Source of the DNA: an uncultured Candidatus Saccharibacteria bacterium
GTDB taxonomy: Bacteria; Patescibacteriota; Minisyncoccia; Phycocordibacterales; UBA2100
Direction: 5' to 3'
Length of the DNA: 64,000 bases
Assembly: GCA_964623775.1 (NCBI GenBank)
Contig: CAZUVH010000003.1
Location: 5,739 to 69,738 of the forward strand
The notes under the pieces were generated by a model, which searched no databases, was not told the DNA's origin, and saw only the letters and a program-made list of their open reading frames with translations. This document shows, piece after piece, positions 28,923-38,713 of this stretch. The translations under genes were made by a program, and so were the position numbers. Positions within the stretch are counted from its first letter, which is position 1, and each line of letters opens with the position of its first letter.

Positions 28923-30194
28923 TCAGACGAACGATTCGGGGATCGGGAATCTCTTGCAGAGACGGCGGATTTCTTCGCGAATTTCTTTGTGGCGCTTCTT
29001 GTCGCCCTTGTTCTTGATGGTCTCCACCATGAGCTCAGCGACGCGGGCGCACTCCTTTTCCTTGAATTTGCGCGTCGTGATTGCGGGGGTGCCAAAGCGG
29101 ATACCGGAGGGGTCCATTGGTTTACGGGTGTCGTCGGCGATCGCGTTTTTGTTGAGTGTGATGCCCACGCTATCGAGGAGCGTCTCTGCTTCGTGGCCGG
29201 TGATACCAAGCGACCCGAACACATCCGCAAGGATCAGGTGATTGGATGTGCCGCCCGTGATGAGACGGATGTTGTTTTTCAGGAATACTTTTTCCATCGC
29301 TTTCGCATTCTTCAAAACTTGCTTCGCATATGTACGGAACGATGGCTTCAGTGCTTCGCCAAAAGCGACCGCCTTTGCGGCTATATTGTTCATATGCGGA
29401 CCGCCTTGGAGGCCGGGGAAGACCATCTTGTCGATCTTTTTTGCGATCTCTTCGCTCTCGCGCGTGAGGATCAGGCCGCCGCGGGGGCCGCGGAGCGTCT
29501 TGTGCGTCGTCGAGGTCATGACATCAAAACCGAAGTCGAACGGATTTTTTACTGCCTTGCCGGCAATAAGGCCTGCGATGTGGGCGATATCCATGACGGC
29601 ATACGCGCCGACTTCGCGGGCGATCGAGACGAATTTTGCGTAGTCGAGCTCGCGCGGATAGGCGGAGAAGCCCGCGAGTACTATTTTGGGCTTGGTCTGG
29701 ATCGCCGTGCGGCGCATTGCGTCGTAATCGATCTCTCCCGTATTCGGATTTTTCATCTTGTAGCGGACAAAATTGAAGATCTTGGTGAGGTAGGTCACCG
29801 GATGTCCGTGGGTGAGGTGGCCGCCATGGGAGAGATCCATCCCGAGGACTGTCTCGCCCGGTTGCAGGAGTGCAAAATACATCGCGATATTCGCATTGGC
29901 GCCGCCCAAGGTCTGGACGTTGGCATATTTGGCACCAAAGAGTTTCTTCGCGCGCTCGATCGCGATATTTTCTACGATGTCCGTGTATTTCTGACCGCCA
30001 TAGTAGCGGCGTCCCGGGTAGCCCTCGGAATATTTATTCGTGAGTGATGATGCATTGGCCTCGCGCACCGCAGCTGAGACGTAATTTTCTGAGGGGATCA
30101 GTTCGAGGCCGTCTGCTTCGCGCGTATCTTCGCCGATCAGGGCCTCAAATACCTGCTTGTCCTGCTTTTTTATGTGAGTGTAGACATTTTTCAT
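28923..30194 (-). CDS. glyA: serine hydroxymethyltransferase
   Basis: …LELIPSENYVS…NKYSEGYPGRRYYGG…TTHKTLRGPRGG… (PLP-lysine region). Confidence 0.9.
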   Translation of the reverse strand: MKNVYTHIKKQDKQVFEALIGEDTREADGLELIPSENYVSAAVREANASSLTNKYSEGYPGRRYYGGQKYTDIVENIAIERAKKLFGAKYANVQTLGGANANIAMYFALLQPGETVLGMDLSHGGHLTHGHPVTYLTKIFNFVRYKMKNPNTGEIDYDAMRRTAIQTKPKIVLAGFSAYPRELDYAKFVSIAREVGAYAVMDIAHIAGLIAGKAVKNPFDFGFDVMTSTTHKTLRGPRGGLILTRESEEIAKKIDKMVFPGLQGGPHMNNIAAKAVAFGEALKPSFRTYAKQVLKNAKAMEKVFLKNNIRLITGGTSNHLILADVFGSLGITGHEAETLLDSVGITLNKNAIADDTRKPMDPSGIRFGTPAITTRKFKEKECARVAELMVETIKNKGDKKRHKEIREEIRRLCKRFPIPESFV

Positions 30195-30263
30195 GAGAGT
30201 TGAGTTAGTGATAGTTCGTCCGTGAGAGCCTTAAATCATGGGGGACATAATATCACAAAGAAA

Positions 30264-30284
30264 AATCCCGCCAGAGGCGGGATT
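30264..30284 (-). terminator. hairpin aatcccgcc-agag-gcgggatt with a flanking T-tract, abutting the tmk stop
   Basis: aaaaAATCCCGCCAGAGGCGGGATTtta. Confidence 0.55.
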
Positions 30285-30917
30285 TTATGCTGCGATGAGC
30301 TGGCGCACAAGATCGAGGGTCTTTTTTTGTACATGTTCCAAGGGTGGTTCGGCATCGATTATCGAGTGGGAAATCGGCGTATGTTCGTTGGTGAAGAACC
30401 GTGAGTAACCTGCGCGTACGCGTTCGTGGAATGCGATGTCGCGTTCATCGAAGTGAGTCAATTTTTCCTGACGGCTCTTGGCCCGTGAAAGTCCGGTCCT
30501 CGTGTCGATGTCATAGAGGATGTAGTGATCCGGCCGATGCACAAGCTCTTTGCGACGTTCCCAAAAGACGGGCTCCAAATGCCGATTTTCTTGGCCGTAG
30601 ATCTGGTACGTGAAGGTCGAGCCATCAAATCTGTCGCAGAGTGCTATTGCGCCACGCGCAATTGCCGGCAAGATAACGCTTCGCATATGGTCGCGCCGCG
30701 CATCCCAGAAAAAATCGAACAATGTTTCTACGGGGGTGAATTTCGCATCTGGGTGCAGAATAACCTCGCGAATCTTCTCCGCATAAGGCGATCCGCCGGG
30801 TTCGCGCGTCAAAACGACGTCGCGCCCCTCGGCCTTGAGTTGCTCATACACAAATTTTGCCTTGGTGGATTTACCGGAGCCTTCCCCGCCTTCAAAAGCA
30901 ATGAATATACCGCGCAT
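30285..30917 (-). CDS. tmk: thymidylate kinase
   Basis: …FIAFEGGEGSGKST… P-loop and …LTREPGGS… motifs. Confidence 0.85.
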   Translation of the reverse strand: MRGIFIAFEGGEGSGKSTKAKFVYEQLKAEGRDVVLTREPGGSPYAEKIREVILHPDAKFTPVETLFDFFWDARRDHMRSVILPAIARGAIALCDRFDGSTFTYQIYGQENRHLEPVFWERRKELVHRPDHYILYDIDTRTGLSRAKSRQEKLTHFDERDIAFHERVRAGYSRFFTNEHTPISHSIIDAEPPLEHVQKKTLDLVRQLIAA

Positions 30918-31042
30918 AGTTGCTCCTTATACTACTTCGCTGACTGTAGGAGAAAATAGCACGCTGTACACAACAAGCTGTGGATAAACTCCAAAAAAGA
31001 GATGCTACACTGCGCGGGTTATAATCAATATGCGCATGACAT

Positions 31043-31726
31043 ATGGCTCTATCTGACCGGAAAATTTTGCACGCAATAGACGAAGGCTCGATTGTCATCG
31101 AGCCGTTCGACCGCAAAAACTTGGCGACGTCAAGCTATGATGTCACCCTCGGCGAGTTTTTTTACACAGAAGCGCACCCGAAACATTTTGAAAATATTTA
31201 CAATATTTACGACAAGGCACACGTAGATCGCGTGTGGGGCACGGAGCCCAAGGTCGCCAAATCGGCTTCGCATGTGCTCCGCCATTACAATTTTGATTTC
31301 AGGGGTATCCAACCCGAAGAGAAAATAATCTTGCTAGCCCCCGGCGAGACGGTACTCGGACATACACAAGAATTTATCGGTGGTCGCGACCACATTACGA
31401 CCATGATGAAAGCGCGCAGCAGTTTGGGACGCAGTTTTATAGAAGTCTGCAAATGCGCCGGGTGGGGTGATGTGGGCTACATCAATCGCTGGACCATGGA
31501 GATCACCAACAACTCTTCTCATTACTACATCCCGCTCGTTGTGGGTCGGCGTATCGCGCAGATCGTTTTCTTCGAGACGGGGCCGATCATTGCGAGCGAT
31601 TATGCACAGGTCGGCAAATACCAGACGTCTGGGAGTCTGTCACAATTGAAGAAGAGCTGGAAGCCGGAAATGATGCTTCCGAGGTTGTTTACCGATCGCG
31701 ACATCAAGAAGCCGAGGAGAAAGTAA
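31043..31726 (+). CDS. dcd: dCTP deaminase family protein (unusually long, 227 aa)
   Basis: N-terminal MALSDRKILHAIDEGSIVIEPF…SSYDVTLG matches the Dcd/dUTPase-fold N-terminus; about 35 aa longer than E. coli Dcd. Confidence 0.7.
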   Translation: MALSDRKILHAIDEGSIVIEPFDRKNLATSSYDVTLGEFFYTEAHPKHFENIYNIYDKAHVDRVWGTEPKVAKSASHVLRHYNFDFRGIQPEEKIILLAPGETVLGHTQEFIGGRDHITTMMKARSSLGRSFIEVCKCAGWGDVGYINRWTMEITNNSSHYYIPLVVGRRIAQIVFFETGPIIASDYAQVGKYQTSGSLSQLKKSWKPEMMLPRLFTDRDIKKPRRK

Positions 31727-31727
31727 T

Positions 31728-32567
31728 ATGAAAACATACAACGACATACTGCGCCGCATCATGGATGAGGGCGTTGATCGTCAGGGCCGCAATGCCATGA
31801 CGCGATCGCTTTTTGCCCTGCAGATGCGCTTCGACATGGCCGATGGTTTTCCCGCCGTTACCACCAAGAAATTGGCATTCAAGGCGGTCAAAAGCGAGCT
31901 TCTTTGGTTCCTCGCCATGAAGGGCAAGGAGCGAGCGAGCGACGAGCACTTGAAGGAGCTCAACCAGAGCGAGCGAACGATCTGGACGGACAATGCGGAG
32001 GCGGACTATTGGACGCCGAAATCGAAATTCAAAGGTGACCTCGGTCGCGTCTACGGCATCCAGTGGCGCAGTTGGACGGCCCCCGATGGTCGCGTGATCG
32101 ACCAAGTGGCCGATCTCATTGAGCGGATCAAGAAGACCCCGACCGATCGCAGGCTCATCGTGACCGCATGGAATCCCGGCGAGTTGCACGATATGGCGCT
32201 GCCACCGTGCCACATGCTCTTTCAGTGTTATGTCGCCAATGACAGACTTTCACTCCATATGACACAGCGCAGCTGCGATATGTTCCTCGGCGTGCCGTTC
32301 AACATCGCTTCCTATGCGCTCCTCCTTGCCATGCTCGCGCAGGTGACCGACCTCGAGCCCGGAGAATGCATCCTCACGCTCCAGGATGCGCACGTCTATC
32401 ATGATCATTTTGACGCGGTGAAGGAGCAGCTGTCGAGGGAGCCGATGAAGCCTCCGACGCTCTGGCTCAATCCCGAGAGGAAGAATATCGACGATTTCAC
32501 CATGGACGACATCCGGCTCGATAATTACGTAAGTCACCCAGGGATTAAGGCAAAGATGATAGTTTGA
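31728..32567 (+). CDS. thyA: thymidylate synthase
   Basis: …TAWNPGELHDMALPPCHMLFQCYV…LSLHMTQRSCDMFLGVPFNIASYALL… canonical ThyA active-site region. Confidence 0.9.
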   Translation: MKTYNDILRRIMDEGVDRQGRNAMTRSLFALQMRFDMADGFPAVTTKKLAFKAVKSELLWFLAMKGKERASDEHLKELNQSERTIWTDNAEADYWTPKSKFKGDLGRVYGIQWRSWTAPDGRVIDQVADLIERIKKTPTDRRLIVTAWNPGELHDMALPPCHMLFQCYVANDRLSLHMTQRSCDMFLGVPFNIASYALLLAMLAQVTDLEPGECILTLQDAHVYHDHFDAVKEQLSREPMKPPTLWLNPERKNIDDFTMDDIRLDNYVSHPGIKAKMIV

Positions 32568-32632
32568 CAGACACTGTATTTTGTTATATCGTGTGGCCAG
32601 ATTGAAATAGTCCCATTTACCAGGAGGTTTCA

Positions 32633-32914
32633 ATGTGGACACGGACTGTCTGTAGGAAAGCAATGAAGATGGCCATTCTGGTTCTTTTTTTTCTACCGAT
32701 GTTCGTCATCTTTGTTGCTGCGGAGACGTACATGGTTCTTATGTTTCCGTGGATGATCTTGAGCGGAATTTCGAACTCTGCACAAGTCGACCATGTATTC
32801 CTGTGGATATGGGGCGTCCTGATCGCGCTTACCTGCGTTGTTGGGGTCGGAGTCGCACTTGGTCCTCTTCGGGACGAGACGCTCAAAACATTCCGATCAT
32901 TCATCCACTCGTGA
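32633..32914 (+). CDS. small hypothetical membrane protein
   Basis: 93 aa, two hydrophobic helices, sits in the thyA-folA gap. Confidence 0.3.
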   Translation: MWTRTVCRKAMKMAILVLFFLPMFVIFVAAETYMVLMFPWMILSGISNSAQVDHVFLWIWGVLIALTCVVGVGVALGPLRDETLKTFRSFIHS

Positions 32915-32992
32915 ACTTGTTCGCATTAAGAGGGCACGACGCGAACATTGTTACAATAAGCGAGTCATCCGAAAGGGTGGCTCGTTCTTTTT

Positions 32993-33559
32993 TTGAGAGG
33001 TTATAATCGCATGATGACGACCCATCTGACCACTATCAGCATGATTGCTTCTCTTGGGAAGAATCGCGAGCTAGGGAAGGATAATGAGCTTCTGTGGCCC
33101 ATCCCCGACGATTTGAAGCGATTTCGCTCGATCACGACCGGACACCCGGTCATCATGGGTCGCAAGACATTTGAATCGATCTTCGCGATGATCGGCAAGC
33201 CGCTCCCAAACCGCACCAATATCGTCGTCACGCGCGATGCCGATTGGAAAGCGCCAAGCGAAGAGGTGATCAAGGCGAATTCGATGTACGACGCGGTCGT
33301 GCGGGCAAAAAATATCGATCCGGTGGAGATATGCATCATCGGTGGCGCGCAGATATACGAAGAGGGGATCAAGTTTGCCAACAAGCTATACCTCACACTC
33401 GTTGATGCCGAAGCCGAAGCTGACACATTTTTCCCGCCTTACGAAGCTGAGTTCACCAAAAAAGTATTTGAGGAGGTACGAGATTGGAATGGGCTCAAAT
33501 ACACGTGGGTGGATTTGGAGCGCTCCGTACAGTATCCTGGCGAAAGCAAAGAGGTGTAA
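32993..33559 (+). CDS. folA: dihydrofolate reductase
   Basis: …MIASLGKNRELGKDNELLWPIPDDLKRFRSITTGHPVIMGRKTFESI… DHFR signature; true start may be the internal Met (MIASLG…). Confidence 0.85.
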   Translation: MRGYNRMMTTHLTTISMIASLGKNRELGKDNELLWPIPDDLKRFRSITTGHPVIMGRKTFESIFAMIGKPLPNRTNIVVTRDADWKAPSEEVIKANSMYDAVVRAKNIDPVEICIIGGAQIYEEGIKFANKLYLTLVDAEAEADTFFPPYEAEFTKKVFEEVRDWNGLKYTWVDLERSVQYPGESKEV

Positions 33560-33562
33560 GTA

Positions 33563-34666
33563 ATGGCCAGCAATTATTCCGACTACGTACAGATCGATAA
33601 GGCGAATCTATTTAAGCGGGAAGCGCAAGCTGAAGCTCTGCGGTCAACTGCCGACATAGGCAGACTTGGGCTTAAGGATGCATCGTGGACAATCGGTGAG
33701 AGTGTACATCTCATCGAGGACAAAAGCGCGTTTTGGGCGCATGTGAACGAAGGTCTTGGCACCAAGAACCTGGTGGCCGACGAAATGTTTTGGTGCACCG
33801 ACCGCTCCTTTGATGCCAATGTGGCCAAGGATACTGTTGCTATGATCGTCAACGATGGAGCGCCGCTCGGCGCTGTGCCCGTTACTGTTGCGATGCATGC
33901 GGCAGCTGGATCAACGCATTGGTTTAATTCCGCTGTGCGCCGCAAACAATTTCTATTGGGATGGCGCGAGGCCTGCGACGAGGCGCGTTGCTTGTACCGA
34001 GGCGGAGAAACTCCGATTGTCCGCGACATGGTAAAAAGCGACAGCGCGCTTCTCTCGGGCTCGATGATTGGCATTATTCGGCCGAAATCGCGACTCATTC
34101 GCCGTAATATCCGTCACGGTGATGGAATCGTTATTCTCACGAGTTCTGGGGTTCATGCCAATGGCCTGACGCTTGCCCGCAAGATAGCCGAGGGTTTACG
34201 CGAGGGCTACCGTACTAAAATTTCCGATGGACGAATGTACGGCGAAGCGCTCCTTGATCCGACGCATATCTATGTTGGATTTGTCGAGGATTGTCTCAAT
34301 GCGGGCGTTAAGATCCACTATGGCGTGAACATCACGGGACACGGGTGGCGCAAATTCATGCGTGCGCCCGAGCCGTTTACGTACGTGATCGAGCAAATAC
34401 CTACGCCGCAACCCGTGTTTGACTTCATTGCGCAGAAGGGCAACGTGTCGCTTCGCGATATGTATGCCGACTACAATATGGGAGCAGGTTTTGCGCTCTA
34501 TGTACCACCGGGCCAGGTATCCAAAGTGATCAGGCTCTGGCAGAAGGGTAATTATCCGTTCCAGGTCTTCGGGGCGGGACACATCGAGAAGAGTAAGAAG
34601 CGTCGTGTTGTCATCGAACGGAGTGGTTTTGAACCATTCGAAGAAGATGAGCTACAGGTTCGTTAA
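33563..34666 (+). CDS. PurM-like (AIR synthase-related) protein, closely resembling phosphoribosylformylglycinamidine cyclo-ligase
   Basis: …EGLGTKNLVAD…, …VAMIVNDGAPLGAVPV…, …GGETPIV…, …HGDGIVILTSSGVHANGLTLARKI…, …ITGHGW…, …YNMGAGFALYVP… align motif-by-motif with PurM N- and C-domains. Confidence 0.6.
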   Translation: MASNYSDYVQIDKANLFKREAQAEALRSTADIGRLGLKDASWTIGESVHLIEDKSAFWAHVNEGLGTKNLVADEMFWCTDRSFDANVAKDTVAMIVNDGAPLGAVPVTVAMHAAAGSTHWFNSAVRRKQFLLGWREACDEARCLYRGGETPIVRDMVKSDSALLSGSMIGIIRPKSRLIRRNIRHGDGIVILTSSGVHANGLTLARKIAEGLREGYRTKISDGRMYGEALLDPTHIYVGFVEDCLNAGVKIHYGVNITGHGWRKFMRAPEPFTYVIEQIPTPQPVFDFIAQKGNVSLRDMYADYNMGAGFALYVPPGQVSKVIRLWQKGNYPFQVFGAGHIEKSKKRRVVIERSGFEPFEEDELQVR

Positions 34667-34670
34667 AACA

Positions 34671-34697
34671 AAGGCCTCGCATATGCGAGGCCTTTTT
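34671..34697. terminator. bidirectional hairpin aaggcctcgc-atat-gcgaggcctt plus TTTT
   Basis: Between convergent genes (PurM-like and ABC permease). Confidence 0.65.
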
Positions 34698-34698
34698 G

Positions 34699-35481
34699 TT
34701 ATTGCCGCAATCCCAGGCCCGTGCGGATCAAATACCAATTGATAGCCACGAGCGCTACGATCATTGTCGCAAGGACGATAAGTGGAATGAAAAGTGGTAT
34801 ATCGGAAATGCCGAGGAATCCATAACGGAAGCCGTTGATGAGATAGAAGATCGGATTCACGTATGTCACGTACTGCGCCAATTGCGGCAGTGCGTGTACG
34901 GAGTAGAAGACGCCACCGAGGTAGACGAGCGGCGTGAGCACGAAAGTCGGGACGAGGTTTATGCCGTCGATCGTTTTTGCGTAGACGCCGTTGACGAGTC
35001 CCGCGAGAGAAAAGACGATAGCGGTGAGGACGCCAAACCCGAGAATGATGAGGAGATTGTGCGTGTCGAGGTGGAGCCCGGTGAAAAAGAGCGACACAAA
35101 CATGACAAGTGTCCCGACGAGCACGCCGCGAATGACACCGCCTGCAACGAAGCCGGAGATAATGAGCCACGGCGGCATTGGGGAGACGAGCATTTCATCG
35201 ATTGAGCGCGCAAAGAATTTTGACTGGAAAAAGGTGAAGGAAGAATTGGCGTAGGAAGAGGTGACGATCGCGAGCATCACGAGACCTGGCACGACGAAGC
35301 TCATGTAATCGACACCCTGCATTTCACCGATTCGAGACCCGAGGACGGTGCCAAATACGAGAAAGTACAGCACCGACGTAATAACACTCGGAAGAAATGT
35401 CTGTACCCAAATACGAAATATACGCGTCACGTCTTTGCGCAACATCGTATAAAAGGCGATCCATTTACGACGATTATCCAT
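34699..35481 (-). CDS. ABC-2 type transporter permease
   Basis: 6-TM ABC-2 permease pattern. Start at MDNRRKW directly after the ATPase stop (1-nt gap). Confidence 0.75.
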   Translation of the reverse strand: MDNRRKWIAFYTMLRKDVTRIFRIWVQTFLPSVITSVLYFLVFGTVLGSRIGEMQGVDYMSFVVPGLVMLAIVTSSYANSSFTFFQSKFFARSIDEMLVSPMPPWLIISGFVAGGVIRGVLVGTLVMFVSLFFTGLHLDTHNLLIILGFGVLTAIVFSLAGLVNGVYAKTIDGINLVPTFVLTPLVYLGGVFYSVHALPQLAQYVTYVNPIFYLINGFRYGFLGISDIPLFIPLIVLATMIVALVAINWYLIRTGLGLRQ

Positions 35482-35482
35482 A

Positions 35483-36259
35483 TTATTTATCAGAGGTAAG
35501 TTTAAGGAATACTTCTTCGAGCCTGCCGCCACGGTAGCCGTCTTGTGGCTTGCCTGAATCATCGTGCATAGCGAGGATCTCACTCATCGTGCCGTTGGCG
35601 ACAATCTGCCCTTTGTTGATGATCGCCACGTGTTTTGCGAGTTGCTCGGCTTCTTCAAGATAGTGCGTGGTGAGAAGAATCGTGAGACCGTCTGCGGTCA
35701 ATTTTTTCAGATAATCCCACATGCCTCGGCGCAATTCGACATCGACACCTGCGGTAGGCTCATCGAGAATAAGGAACTGCGGTTTGTGGATGAGTGCACG
35801 GGCGATCATGAGGCGGCGCTTCATACCGCCCGAGAGCTGCATGCCGGTGCCATACATTTTTTCGCCAAGTCCAAGATCACTGAGGAGTTGCTTGGCACGC
35901 GGGATCGCTTCCGAACGGGGGATGCCGTAGTAGCCGCCCTGATTGATCACTGTGTCGATCGGTCTTTCAAACGGATTGAAATTGATCTCTTGGCCGACGA
36001 GGCCGATGTACGTCTTTGCTTTCTCGGTCTCTTTGTCTGTATTGTGACCAAATACTTCCACAGTGCCGCTCGTTTTATTCACGAGCCCTGCAGTGATGCC
36101 GATGATGGTCGTCTTGCCGGCGCCGTTGGGTCCGAGGAGGGCGAAGAAATCGCCACGCGGAATATCAAGTGAGATACCTTTGAGAGCCTGGACACCATTG
36201 CTGTAGGTTTTGGTGACGTCTCTAATTGAGAGTGCGCTTATGTCCTTATTTTCGGCCAT
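35483..36259 (-). CDS. ABC transporter ATP-binding protein
   Basis: Walker A GPNGAGKTT, signature LSGGMKRRL, Walker B ILDEPT. Confidence 0.85.
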   Translation of the reverse strand: MAENKDISALSIRDVTKTYSNGVQALKGISLDIPRGDFFALLGPNGAGKTTIIGITAGLVNKTSGTVEVFGHNTDKETEKAKTYIGLVGQEINFNPFERPIDTVINQGGYYGIPRSEAIPRAKQLLSDLGLGEKMYGTGMQLSGGMKRRLMIARALIHKPQFLILDEPTAGVDVELRRGMWDYLKKLTADGLTILLTTHYLEEAEQLAKHVAIINKGQIVANGTMSEILAMHDDSGKPQDGYRGGRLEEVFLKLTSDK

Positions 36260-36366
36260 ATAACGAAGAAGTGTATCACAAAAGATGAAGATTCCGCTGA
36301 ATTGACTTCACTATGTATAAGTGGTTAAGTGTGCACAGAATCGATGTTTGTAAATAGGAGTGGAAA

Positions 36367-37269
36367 ATGAGCACGGAAGATCGGAGTACGGAATTCATCG
36401 ACGAGATGAATCCTCATCGGGCACTGCGGTTCTTGCTCAAGGAATTGGGTGCACCCAAGTCGGTGAGGGATGCTAAAAGACAGATCCACAAAGCCGTGGA
36501 CGCGATCTCGGATCGTCTGTCGACCGGAAAAGGCCGACTCATTTATGTCGGTGCAGGTACGTCTGGCCGCCTCGGTGTGCAGGACGGTGCGGAACTTTGG
36601 CCGACCTTTGGTTGGCCGAAAGAGCGGTTTGCGTATCTTATTGCCGGCGGCGACAAGGCGCTTACTCAGTCGGTGGAAAGGGCTGAGGACGATATCACGG
36701 ACGCCTTCCTGCGTGTCCGCGATCTGGAAATCGGAAAAAACGACATTGTGATCGCGCTTGCCGCAAGCGGCAGCACGCTCTTTACGCGCAAGGCAGTCAA
36801 TGAGGCAAAAAGTTGCGGCGCTCTCACCATCGGGATCGCGAACAATGGGGGCAGCCCACTTCTCGAAGAGTGTGATCATCCCATTTTTCTTGATACAGGA
36901 GCGGAACCGATCGCCGGATCGACGCGTATGAAAGCGGGGACGTCGCAGTGTGTCGTCCTCAAGATTCTTTCGACGCTCGTAATGGTACGGCTCGGGTACG
37001 TGTACAAGGGAATGATGGTCAATGTACGCGCCGTAAATGACAAATTGAAAAGGCGCGCGGTCGCTATGGTACAAACGATTACCCGATGTGATAAGGAATG
37101 GGCCGAGCAGGCGCTTCTGCAAGCCGATTGGGAAGTGGGTGTGGCCGTCGTTATGCACGGCGGTACCGCGCTCCCGTGCGCGCAAAATCAGTTTCTCGAT
37201 ATATATGAGAGGAATTTGCGCGAATACTTTATCGGGGAAAAAATCATACAAGCGACGCGAATGAAATAA
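36367..37269 (+). CDS. murQ: N-acetylmuramic acid 6-phosphate etherase
   Basis: SIS domain with …YVGAGTSGRLG… and …GSTRMKAGTSQ… MurQ signatures. Confidence 0.8.
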   Translation: MSTEDRSTEFIDEMNPHRALRFLLKELGAPKSVRDAKRQIHKAVDAISDRLSTGKGRLIYVGAGTSGRLGVQDGAELWPTFGWPKERFAYLIAGGDKALTQSVERAEDDITDAFLRVRDLEIGKNDIVIALAASGSTLFTRKAVNEAKSCGALTIGIANNGGSPLLEECDHPIFLDTGAEPIAGSTRMKAGTSQCVVLKILSTLVMVRLGYVYKGMMVNVRAVNDKLKRRAVAMVQTITRCDKEWAEQALLQADWEVGVAVVMHGGTALPCAQNQFLDIYERNLREYFIGEKIIQATRMK

Positions 37270-37271
37270 CA

Positions 37272-37299
37272 AAAAGCGGGATCACACTGGTCCCGCTTT
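37272..37299. terminator. bidirectional hairpin aaagcggg-atcacactg-gtcccgcttt plus TTCTTTTT
   Basis: Between convergent murQ and the phosphohexomutase gene. Confidence 0.65.
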
Positions 37300-37313
37300 T
37301 CTTTTTGCCTTTC

Positions 37314-38702
37314 TCAGGAGCGGATGAGCGCAAGGATCTCGTCGCGCTTTTTTTCCATAAGCTCTTTGTATGTGGCTTCAACGATGAGGCGAATCAGGGG
37401 CTCGGTATTGGAGAGGCGTACGCTAAACCAGTAGTCATTGTACGTGATCGAAAGTCCGTCGATCTGTGAGAGCGCACCATCCCTGTATTTTTCCTGGATC
37501 TGTTTCAATTTCTCGAGACCCTTTTCTCGACTTTCGAGCTTTGTATTGATCTCCCCCGAATTGAAATAGCGCTTATATGGCTTTACGATTTCTGAAAACG
37601 GCTTATCCTTTGCGGTGAGAAAATGGAGAAGCTTCGAGAGGAGCATAAAAGGCGCCTCAAACGTGCCGTAGGGGAGTTTGTAAAAAAAGTGCCCGGAAGA
37701 TTCTCCACCGAAGATCGCCTTTTCCTTGATCATGATCTCTTTTATGATCGAGTGCCCAACGGGGGAGCGGATCGCTCGACCGCCCGCGTCGTCGATCATG
37801 TCGCGCGTGATCTTGCCGGGGCGCACATCGTATACCACTGTGGCACCGATGTGCGTGAAAAGTTCGATCTGCGCAAGAATGCCACGCAATATTTCTTGCG
37901 GGACCAGCTCGCCTTTTTCGTCGAAGAAAAAGTAGCGGTCGCCATCGCCATCAGAGGAGATGCCGAGATCGCAGTGTTCCTCGACGATCTTTTTACGCAG
38001 GTCGGCGGTGTTCTCCTCCTTCATGGGGTCTGCTGGATGCGCAGGGAAGGTGCCGTCGGGCGTATCGTTCATCCATACGACTGTGCACGGCAATTTTGCA
38101 AAAAAAGCCTTCATGTCGGGACCGCCCATGCCGTTTGCCCCATCGATCGCGATCTTGAACGGTTTGATCTTGGCAAAATCTTTGCCGATTTCCTCCATTT
38201 GTTCGTTGAGAATTGTGTCGAGGACGCCGGGTCGCTGCTGCAAAATGCCACGATCCTTTTCAGCTACCAGCGGCGCGTACTGGTCGTTTTCGATCGTCTT
38301 TTTTACCTCTTCAATTCCGCTCGTGTAGCTGACGGGCGTTGCATGGCGGCCGACAAATTTGAATCCGTTCCAGTCCTTGGGATTATGCGAGGCCGAGACC
38401 TGTGCGCCGGCATCGTAGCCGTAATATGCGACGGCAAAATAAAAAGTCGGCGTGGAGAGCATGCCGATGTCGTCGACTGCGATACCACTATCGAGCAGAC
38501 CTCGGATGAATTGCTGCTTGAGCTCGGGCGTCGAAAGACGCATGTCTCCCGCCACCGCGACACGCATCGTCTCGCGGGGCATTTTTTTGAGGAGGAACGT
38601 CGCATAGCTTCGCCCGATCGCATACGCGACATCTGTATTGATCTGAGAGGGGTAGAGGCCGCGGACATCGTAGGCTTTAAATATGGATGCTTCAACTTTC
38701 AC
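37314..38702 (-). CDS. phosphoglucomutase/phosphomannomutase family protein
   Basis: 462 aa; …GAQVSASHNPKDWNGFKF… contains the SASHNP phosphoserine-loop motif; apparently GTG start. Confidence 0.8.
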   Translation of the reverse strand: MKVEASIFKAYDVRGLYPSQINTDVAYAIGRSYATFLLKKMPRETMRVAVAGDMRLSTPELKQQFIRGLLDSGIAVDDIGMLSTPTFYFAVAYYGYDAGAQVSASHNPKDWNGFKFVGRHATPVSYTSGIEEVKKTIENDQYAPLVAEKDRGILQQRPGVLDTILNEQMEEIGKDFAKIKPFKIAIDGANGMGGPDMKAFFAKLPCTVVWMNDTPDGTFPAHPADPMKEENTADLRKKIVEEHCDLGISSDGDGDRYFFFDEKGELVPQEILRGILAQIELFTHIGATVVYDVRPGKITRDMIDDAGGRAIRSPVGHSIIKEIMIKEKAIFGGESSGHFFYKLPYGTFEAPFMLLSKLLHFLTAKDKPFSEIVKPYKRYFNSGEINTKLESREKGLEKLKQIQEKYRDGALSQIDGLSITYNDYWFSVRLSNTEPLIRLIVEATYKELMEKKRDEILALIRS

Positions 38703-38713
38703 CTAAAAAGTAT

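Noticed and set aside
28839-30047. 402-aa plus-strand ORF
   Set aside because: Antisense to glyA, which has unmistakable SHMT motifs.
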